Below are positions 1-5,770 of a stretch of 20,000 bases of DNA, one piece after another. Where the stretch lies: the IMG/VR virus record IMGVR_UViG_3300047312_000347, one strand, 5' to 3'. The notes under the pieces were generated by a model. The model did not search any database. It had not been told where the DNA came from and was given only the letters and a program-made list of their open reading frames with translations. The DNA is from an uncultured virus (IMG/VR IMGVR_UViG_3300047312_000347). Lineage: Duplodnaviria; Heunggongvirae; Uroviricota; Caudoviricetes. Each line of letters starts with the position of its first letter. Position 1 is the stretch's first letter. The translations under genes and the position numbers were made by a program.

Positions 1-175
1 GCCGTCGTTACCGCCCCGATCCAATATGAAGCCAGGATGACACGCATTGCCACCAAAACGTGTAGCTATATGACTCCCGTTTCCTCTTATAGCCGCTGCC
101 GCTAGCGGCCCGGCCGGCGCCCGCAATCCGCGGGTTGTGTCAATTATGATTCCTTTACGCGAATCTCACGTTAAA

Positions 176-205
176 TTGACCCCTAATTTGTTAGGGGCGT
201 ATACC
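176..205 (+). promoter_or_regulatory. Possible sigma70 promoter of the LuxR-HTH gene with a palindrome in its spacer
   Basis: TTGACC at 176-181 and TATACC at 200-205 (18-nt spacer); inverted repeat CCCCTAA-tttg-TTAGGGG at 180-197; locally AT-rich. Confidence 0.4.
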
Positions 206-235
206 AAAATGTTCCAACGGTACGATGGGGTTGCA

Positions 236-481
236 ATGCCCCATAGACCAAAGCGCGCGCGCCCTCCTTCGATGACACTGACGGCGAAACAGCAGCTTGT
301 CCTGCGCCTCGTCGCAGACGGCAAAACGGCCAAGAGCATCGCTCGCGAGCTCGGCGTGACCACGACCACCGTCCTCGATCATATCGAGCGCATTAAAACC
401 AATCTCGGCGCCACCAATCGCACCAACGCCGCCGTCATCGCCGTGCAGAAGGGATTGTTGAACAACAAGCCGAAAAAATAA
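236..481 (+). CDS. Stand-alone LuxR/GerE-type helix-turn-helix regulator (start could also be 209)
   Basis: LTAKQQLVLRLVADGKTAKSIARELGVTTTTVLDHIERIKTNLGATNRTNAAVIAVQKGLL fits the LuxR C-terminal HTH pattern; no receiver or ligand-binding domain. Confidence 0.88.
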   Translation: MPHRPKRARPPSMTLTAKQQLVLRLVADGKTAKSIARELGVTTTTVLDHIERIKTNLGATNRTNAAVIAVQKGLLNNKPKK

Positions 482-503
482 AAAAAGCCCCGCAAGGCGG
501 GGC
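473..503 (-). terminator. Rho-independent terminator of the lysis transcript
   Basis: Hairpin GCCCCGC-aag-GCGGGGC (487-503) with an A-tract at 473-486, i.e. a U-tract on the minus strand, just after the amidase stop. Confidence 0.8.
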
Positions 504-525
504 CAAGTCATGGGGGGCAACGCCT

Positions 526-1479
526 TCACCTTATCGACAATTTCTCATAAGGGAAAATGACTTCGACCTCGTCGTCCGTCTGAATGCCGAGCGATTCCAT
601 CAAGCCGGGGCTGATGTCGGCGACGCGACCCGTATCCTCATGCGGTCCCCAATCCGCCGGAAAGGCGGTGAGCGACCGGCCGGTGGGCAGCGCGCGCACG
701 AGCGCGACTTGCTCGAGCAGCATAGCCCGCGGCGTCACGTCGTAGTCCCATCGGCAAGCGATATAGTGGGCGTGGGGATCCAATCGACGCGCGAGGCCCG
801 TAGTTTGCGGAGGCTGTCGAGGAAGAAAGAGATGCGGTGCATCCTCGACCTCATCAATAAAAGCCAATCCCTCATCTGATGCCACTCCCTTGTCATTCGG
901 GCCGCCGAACCATGAAACCTTGCCGCACACCGACGATGCTTCCGGCGCTTGCACACCCTCGCCGCCGGCCAGGACACCGGCGATGGCGCGGCAGATCGGA
1001 TCAAATTCCTCGTTGTAGAGCGCCGCGTCGGCCTCGCTGTCCACAAAGCACGTCTCAATCAGGATCGCCGGCATAGCGGTGTTGTTGAGGAAATAGAGAT
1101 CGGTGCGCTTCTTCGGACCGCGGTTGGTGAAGCCGCACGCGGCGATCGCCGCCGCCACCTGGCCGGCGAGCGCGTTCTGCGTGACGTAGAGCACCTCGGT
1201 CCCCATCGGCTTTGCCGTCTCCACATAGGCGTTGAAATGCACCGACACGTCGAGGTCGCGCTGCTGCGCATTGTGCGCCTCGACGATGGTCTTGAGGTTC
1301 TCGTCCTGCGATCGGGAGGTGTCGTCGTGAAATATTTTCACGTTCACACCGCGATCGCGCAGCCGATCGGCGAGCCGGTTGACCACGTTGCGGGCCTCTT
1401 CCACCTCATCGAGCAGCCCGCTCGCGCCGCGCACATAACAACCATGCCCACTACTGATAACGATGCGACCATAAGCCAT
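526..1479 (-). CDS. Endolysin: N-acetylmuramoyl-L-alanine amidase (Amidase_3) with C-terminal RlpA-like double-psi beta-barrel domain
   Basis: Amidase_3 motifs SSGHG, LDE, VSVHFNA, GTEV, NRGPK, AILIETCFVDS; C-terminal VSWFG...ADWGP...GRVADISPGLMESLG...VEV resembles RlpA/DPBB; AGGAGG RBS upstream. Confidence 0.88.
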   Translation of the reverse strand: MAYGRIVISSGHGCYVRGASGLLDEVEEARNVVNRLADRLRDRGVNVKIFHDDTSRSQDENLKTIVEAHNAQQRDLDVSVHFNAYVETAKPMGTEVLYVTQNALAGQVAAAIAACGFTNRGPKKRTDLYFLNNTAMPAILIETCFVDSEADAALYNEEFDPICRAIAGVLAGGEGVQAPEASSVCGKVSWFGGPNDKGVASDEGLAFIDEVEDAPHLFLPRQPPQTTGLARRLDPHAHYIACRWDYDVTPRAMLLEQVALVRALPTGRSLTAFPADWGPHEDTGRVADISPGLMESLGIQTDDEVEVIFPYEKLSIR

Positions 1480-1491
1480 TGAGTGGCCTCC

Positions 1492-1767
1492 TTAAGGTTT
1501 CTTGCCGAGTTCGCGCGTCATGATATCGACGACCTTGTCCAGCCGATCCTTGTTCGCCTGCGTCTCTTTCTCGGTGACAGTCAGGCGATTGTTGATCTCC
1601 GCGAGGTGCGGCGAGCCGCGCACTTCGAGAATGTTCACCCGCGCCTCCAGCTCGACCATGTAGGCAGTAATCGAGAGCACGGCCGCGCCGATGGCAACGC
1701 CTTGCGCCACCAGGAAATAGACCAGAGCTTGGTTCTCGTGGAACCACGATTTGACGGAAGTCATCAT
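1492..1767 (-). CDS. Small single-TM plus coiled-coil protein, holin-like lysis-region protein
   Basis: Likely start MMTSVKSWF (1767); hydrophobic stretch ALVYFLVAQGVAIGAAVLSITAYMV, then a coiled-coil and a basic tail; directly upstream of the endolysin. Confidence 0.55.
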   Translation of the reverse strand: MMTSVKSWFHENQALVYFLVAQGVAIGAAVLSITAYMVELEARVNILEVRGSPHLAEINNRLTVTEKETQANKDRLDKVVDIMTRELGKKP

Positions 1768-1827
1768 GTGATCTCGGTTCCATCCGGAGCCTTGAACCCC
1801 GGCCCGGACTGACCTAATATTTGGGGT

Positions 1828-1855
1828 GGAGGGGCGAGCCCAAACCCGCCCCTCC
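1828..1855. other. GC-rich hairpin between the small peptide ORF and the holin-like gene
   Basis: GGAGGGGCG (1828-1836) / CGCCCCTCC (1847-1855), perfect 9-bp arms; no clear U-tract. Confidence 0.6.
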
Positions 1856-1867
1856 TGCTTCACTGCA

Positions 1868-1942
1868 TCAGAACCACCGCACTTTGATGGTCAGTCGTGC
1901 GCGGTATCTTCTGATGGCTACAGAAATCGCGATCCATACCAT
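1868..1942 (-). CDS. 24-aa cationic/hydrophobic peptide MVWIAISVAIRRYRARLTIKVRWF
   Basis: GGGGAG Shine-Dalgarno (1951-1956) 8 nt before the ATG at 1942; TGA at 1868-1870; 5 Arg + 1 Lys, no acidic residues. Confidence 0.55.
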   Translation of the reverse strand: MVWIAISVAIRRYRARLTIKVRWF

Positions 1943-1960
1943 CGCGGTTTCTCCCCATTC

Positions 1961-2048
1961 GGCGGGCACGGCACGGCCGCTTTCGCGCCGGGAGGGGCCT
2001 AGACCTCCCGGCAGCGCCGCTGACCCGGCGCTTCGCCTCGCGCCCGCC
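1961..2048 (-). ncRNA. Candidate structured RNA / cis-regulatory leader (multi-way junction)
   Basis: 10-bp closing stem 1961-1970/2039-2048 (G-U pair only on the minus strand), internal hairpins GCGCCG-ggtcag-CGGCGC and GCCGGGAGG-tctaggcc-CCTCCCGGC, and a small GAAA tetraloop stem. Confidence 0.5.
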
Positions 2049-2053
2049 AAAAC

Positions 2054-2287
2054 CTAATCCGTGCCATCCTTCTTGCCTGGCCGTTGCCGCCGCCGCCCGG
2101 ACAGCGCCTGCACGAGCAGCCGCCGGATCGCCTCGGGGCGGGACGGAGGGGGCTCCGGTTGCGCCGCCCGCCAGCCGTCCAGTTTTGCGAGTAAATCGGC
2201 CTGTAGCCTGGTCATGACCGGCGTCCCTATCTCTTTGGGACGACGACGTTTCTCATATTTCGTGATTTCACGACTTGACGTGGCCAT
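2054..2287 (-). CDS. Ribbon-helix-helix (CopG/Arc-like) regulator
   Basis: RRRPKEIGTPVMTRLQADLLAKLDGWRAAQ...SRPEAIRRLLVQAL shows the strand-helix-helix pattern with the SRxEAIRRL motif. Confidence 0.8.
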   Translation of the reverse strand: MATSSREITKYEKRRRPKEIGTPVMTRLQADLLAKLDGWRAAQPEPPPSRPEAIRRLLVQALSGRRRQRPGKKDGTD

Positions 2288-2306
2288 GTGTTCGTGGTAC
2301 CACGAA
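2260..2306 (+). promoter_or_regulatory. Rightward promoter with two TCGTG-N4-CACGA operators
   Basis: TTGACG (2275-2280)-N17-TACCAC (2298-2303); palindromes TCGTG-attt-CACGA (2260-2273) and TTCGTG-gtac-CACGAA (2291-2306). Confidence 0.7.
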
Positions 2307-2312
2307 ACAGTC

Positions 2313-2347
2313 GGGTCGGCAAGGTGCTTGTAACACCCCGCCGACCC
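2313..2347 (+). promoter_or_regulatory. 5' leader hairpin of the recombination operon
   Basis: GGGTCGGC-aa-GGTG-cttgtaa-CACC-cc-GCCGACCC between the predicted promoter and the GGAGG RBS of ORF 2375. Confidence 0.55.
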
Positions 2348-2374
2348 TAACCCGAGAGCCGATGGAGGTTTCCC

Positions 2375-2776
2375 ATGGCACCCCAGGCTACCCCTAGCCG
2401 TACTACGATTCCGCCCGCCCCGTCAGCCGGGGCCGGCGCCCGTCCCCAGCTTCAGCCGATCGAGATCGCCCATGCCGCGATGCTCGCCGGGCTCGCCCGC
2501 CTCGTCGTCCCGGTCATTCCCGCGGACAACGAGCCGGCGCATTTCGACGCCCTGGGTCAGCACATGCTGGACATCGCCGAGGTCGTCGACGACTACATGA
2601 CCGCGATCGGCGACCACGTGGCCGAGAATGCCGCAACCAAGATCGACCTGAGCCTGTTCGCGGCCCCGCTGCTCGCGACCATCGAAGGCAATGCATTTTT
2701 CGAGATCGAGAACGCGGCCGCGGCCCTGCGCGAAGAGATCCGCGATCATTACGCGCCGAGGAGGTTCGCCCGATGA
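2375..2776 (+). CDS. Hypothetical phage protein
   Basis: GGAGG RBS; stop overlaps the next start (ATGA). Confidence 0.75.
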   Translation: MAPQATPSRTTIPPAPSAGAGARPQLQPIEIAHAAMLAGLARLVVPVIPADNEPAHFDALGQHMLDIAEVVDDYMTAIGDHVAENAATKIDLSLFAAPLLATIEGNAFFEIENAAAALREEIRDHYAPRRFAR

Positions 2777-3024
2777 CCTACGATCATTGGAAGGCGACCA
2801 ATCCGGCCGATGCCGAGCTGGGCAACACCCACGCAGACCAGGGCAAGATCGTCACCCGCTACTGGGCCAAGCCGTTCCCGCTCCGTCAATTCGACTGGGA
2901 AGCATCCTACGACGGCGACGAGCCCAACGATGCCGGCCACATGGCGGTCGGCCACGGCCGCACCGAAGCTGAGGCCATCACCGACCTGATCGAAAATTAT
3001 CCTTTGGAGGACGGCGCATGTTGA
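2773..3024 (+). CDS. Small acidic hypothetical phage protein
   Basis: ATGA coupling with the upstream gene; overlaps the start of the exonuclease. Confidence 0.7.
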   Translation: MTYDHWKATNPADAELGNTHADQGKIVTRYWAKPFPLRQFDWEASYDGDEPNDAGHMAVGHGRTEAEAITDLIENYPLEDGAC

Positions 3025-3812
3025 GCCCCCTTCAACTTGCCGCCCGCGAGGGCTGCCTGACCGCCTCGTTTCTGCCCAAGCTCATGGCCTGGGACGAGAC
3101 TGAGATCCTGCGCGAATGGCAGCGCCTCGTCGGCGACCCGGCTTGGGAGCCGGAAGACCTCGACGATAAGTGGGCGGTACAATTCGGGTCCTGGATCGAG
3201 CCGTTCGCGCTCGACTGGCACGAACGCAAGACCGGCCGCGCTCTCTCGCACCGCGGCGACGTGGTGCACCACCCCGAGCGCCCGTACTTTTGCTGCACGC
3301 TCGATGGGTTCCGCGCCGACGACTCCACCGTGATCGACTGCAAGGCGCCCGGACCATGGCGCAAGCTCGATGAGGTCGAGGCCTATTACACCCCGCAACT
3401 GATCGGCCAGCGTGCCTGCCTGGGAGCGGATCGGGCCGCGCTCTTGATCGTACACGGCGGGCAGGAGCCGGTTGAGCGTCTCATCGAGTGGGAAGCCGAT
3501 TATGAGCGCGCGCTCTGGGAGCGGGTCGACAACTTCTGGCATTGCGTCGAGACGCTGACCGAGCCGGTGGCGCAAGTGCCGGTCGCCCCGCCGGTCAAAC
3601 CCATAAAGACCTACGACATGACCGGCGACAATCTCTGGGCGTCGGAAGCCATCACCTGGCTCGACAACCGCGTTGCCGCCCGCAAGGCAGCGACCGCCGA
3701 AAAGGATCTCAAGGGCCTCGTCCCGCTCGACGCCGTGCGCTGCCACGGCCACGGCATCGAAATCCGCCGCGACCGCGCCGGACGCCTCTCACTCAAGGAA
3801 CAACGAGCATGA
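3018..3812 (+). CDS. YqaJ / lambda-exonuclease family recombination nuclease
   Basis: TAS, FGSWIEP, CTLDG, IDCK, YYTPQLIGQ match PD-(D/E)xK YqaJ motifs; GGAGG RBS. Confidence 0.85.
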   Translation: MLSPLQLAAREGCLTASFLPKLMAWDETEILREWQRLVGDPAWEPEDLDDKWAVQFGSWIEPFALDWHERKTGRALSHRGDVVHHPERPYFCCTLDGFRADDSTVIDCKAPGPWRKLDEVEAYYTPQLIGQRACLGADRAALLIVHGGQEPVERLIEWEADYERALWERVDNFWHCVETLTEPVAQVPVAPPVKPIKTYDMTGDNLWASEAITWLDNRVAARKAATAEKDLKGLVPLDAVRCHGHGIEIRRDRAGRLSLKEQRA

Positions 3813-4621
3813 AAACGGTCGTCACAACCGGCGGGCCGAACAGCGCCGACGAGATCATCGACGCTGTCATCACCAAGGGCAATCTGGCGCAGCTCACGCC
3901 GCAGGAGCGCACGCGCTACTATGTGGAGGTCTGCAAAAGCGTCGGCCTCAATCCGCTGACCAAGCCATTCGAGTTCATCGAGCTAAATCAGAAGCTCACG
4001 CTTTACGCTTTGCGCAGTTGCACCGAGCAATTGCGGACGATCCATGGCGTATCGGTCGATGAGATGAGCCATAGAACGCTGGAGGGAGTTTTTATCGTTA
4101 CGGCCAAGGTCCGCAACAAGGATGGCCGCACCGACATCGCAACCGGCGCCGTGACAGTCAGCCAACTCAAGGGCGACGCGCTCGCCAACGCGATGATGAA
4201 GGCTGAGACCAAGGCCAAGCGCCGCGCGACGCTTTCGATATGCGGCCTGGGTTTTCTGGACGAAAGCGAGGTCGAAACGATCCCGCCTGCGTCCGTCCAT
4301 TCGAGTCCTCCGCCGACTCCGTCGGTCCCCGCGAAGGCAGCGATCGAGCCACCTCACCATCCGGTGACCGGCGAGATCCAGATTGAGGACCCTCGCGCCA
4401 TCGCGCTGCCAGAGGCACCCACCCAGTGGCGGCAATATGTGGCCTGGGGCAGCCGCTACATCGCAGCCATCGGCATGGCCAAGACGGCCGGCGAAATCGA
4501 CAAGTGGCAAAAGCTCAACAAGGCCACGCTGGCAGACATCAAGACCAACGCGGCAAAAATCCATGACCGGATCGAGGCGAACGTCGCGGCGGCGCGGAAG
4601 CGGCTCGCGCCATCGGAGTAG
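3809..4621 (+). CDS. RecT/Redbeta-like single-strand annealing protein
   Basis: Start ATG 3809 coupled to the exonuclease stop; CKSVGLNPLTKPF and NAMMKAETKAKRRATLSICGLGFLDESE motifs; Pro-rich linker and helical C-terminal domain. Confidence 0.78.
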   Translation: MKTVVTTGGPNSADEIIDAVITKGNLAQLTPQERTRYYVEVCKSVGLNPLTKPFEFIELNQKLTLYALRSCTEQLRTIHGVSVDEMSHRTLEGVFIVTAKVRNKDGRTDIATGAVTVSQLKGDALANAMMKAETKAKRRATLSICGLGFLDESEVETIPPASVHSSPPPTPSVPAKAAIEPPHHPVTGEIQIEDPRAIALPEAPTQWRQYVAWGSRYIAAIGMAKTAGEIDKWQKLNKATLADIKTNAAKIHDRIEANVAAARKRLAPSE

Positions 4622-4715
4622 CCATGGCGCCAATGAGCAAGTCTTTGGCCCCGGCGAGCAAGTCAAACGTATAGAGACATTTTAACAATACGTGAAACAC
4701 GTGGAGAACTCGAAT

Positions 4716-5186
4716 ATGTCAACGTTTTCTAAAATCGTTACCGCCTGGGCCGTCGTCCTTGTCGTTGGTGGCATCGTCGTTCTTAGCTCACAGCGATCGC
4801 AGAGCAATACGCCGGTTGCCGCGCAAGCCAGCAGGCCCGTACCAGCGAAAAGCATGCCACCGAACGAAGCCAGAACGGTGGTCCGTATCGACGTCGGAGT
4901 CCTGGCGGACGAATATGACAGCAACGAGATCGCGACGGACCTGAGACTCAAAGGCAAAATTATCGAGGTCAGCGGCACGGTGAATACGATCACCAAGGAT
5001 GCAGTTGGATATTTGCGCGTCGATTTGGCGACGCGAAATCAATTTTTATCCGCGAGCATGAAGATGGACAAGAAACAAGAAGCGACGTTGGCGCATCTGC
5101 AAAAGGGCCAAAGGGTAATCATCCGCTGTGAGAAAATGCAGCGATGGGCTGGCACACCATACGGCGACAATTGCATTTTGATGTAA
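4716..5186 (+). CDS. Membrane-anchored OB-fold protein (tRNA_anti-like family)
   Basis: N-terminal TM segment; LADEYDSNEIATDLRLKGKIIEVSGTVNTI and LQKGQRVIIRC motifs; GGAG RBS before ATG 4716 (track start 4692). Confidence 0.78.
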   Translation: MSTFSKIVTAWAVVLVVGGIVVLSSQRSQSNTPVAAQASRPVPAKSMPPNEARTVVRIDVGVLADEYDSNEIATDLRLKGKIIEVSGTVNTITKDAVGYLRVDLATRNQFLSASMKMDKKQEATLAHLQKGQRVIIRCEKMQRWAGTPYGDNCILM

Positions 5187-5189
5187 CGC

Positions 5190-5759
5190 TCAGGTCGTCC
5201 CTGCCCCGGTCAGCACCTCAACCCGGCACGCCGCCGCGGCGCTGTCGGGAAACTGCTCGACCTCCCATTCGCCGGGCGCGGCAATCTTCACGATGTAGGA
5301 GCCGCTGGTGATCTCGACGTCCCGGTTCGGCAACACCACCCACACCCGATTGTCGACTCGCACCTGCACGACATGAACCCGATCAGGGTCATCGACCTTG
5401 AGGCCTCGCAGGGCGAGCGCGCGCAGCTGCTGATGATAGTGCGGCTCGCGCCACACCAGCGGATAGCTTCCATCGACCGTCACCGTGACCGTCTGCACGC
5501 CGCCGATCTTCGCCAGCGACAGGATCATATGGCAGGTCAGCGGATACCAGTCGTCACCGACGCCGCGCGATAACATCCAGCCGCAAAAATAGCCGCGGCA
5601 AATCTGCGGCCGGGCGTCGTGGATCGCGCAGCCACCGTGACCTGGCTTGCAATGCTGGCACCATTGATTGGCCGCCTTGTCGAGCTCGAGCACGCGCAGG
5701 AGCTTGCAGCAGAGGGAGCATTTCCCGCACTCGCGTCCCGTTGTGATCTCGATCTTCAT
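5190..5759 (-). CDS. CxxCxxCC (YkgJ-like) zinc/iron-chelating protein
   Basis: CGKCSLCC...WCQHC...GCAIHDARPQICRGYFC; start MKIEIT at 5759 with GAGG RBS. Confidence 0.82.
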   Translation of the reverse strand: MKIEITTGRECGKCSLCCKLLRVLELDKAANQWCQHCKPGHGGCAIHDARPQICRGYFCGWMLSRGVGDDWYPLTCHMILSLAKIGGVQTVTVTVDGSYPLVWREPHYHQQLRALALRGLKVDDPDRVHVVQVRVDNRVWVVLPNRDVEITSGSYIVKIAAPGEWEVEQFPDSAAAACRVEVLTGAGTT

Positions 5760-5770
5760 GGCCTCGCCAA

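Noticed and set aside
1..105. Open frame at the window start
   Set aside because: Short, truncated and without recognisable motifs; strand cannot be decided.
1951..2048. HDV-like ribozyme suggested by CGAAUGGG on the minus strand
   Set aside because: I could not build the P1/P2/P3/P1.1 nested pseudoknot.
1961..2049. tRNA-like cloverleaf ending in CCA on the plus strand, with CTA in a loop
   Set aside because: No valid T-arm or D-arm, an 8-nt loop and a mismatch in the acceptor stem.
3542..3808. N-terminal extensions in the ORF track (also starts at 1863, 7501, 8925, 17165)
   Set aside because: Most overlap upstream genes or RNA structures; downstream starts with ATGA coupling or an RBS fit better.
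4635..4664. GAGCAAGTC direct repeat 21 bp apart
   Set aside because: Only two 9-bp copies and no partner at the other end of the module; too weak to call an att or operator site.
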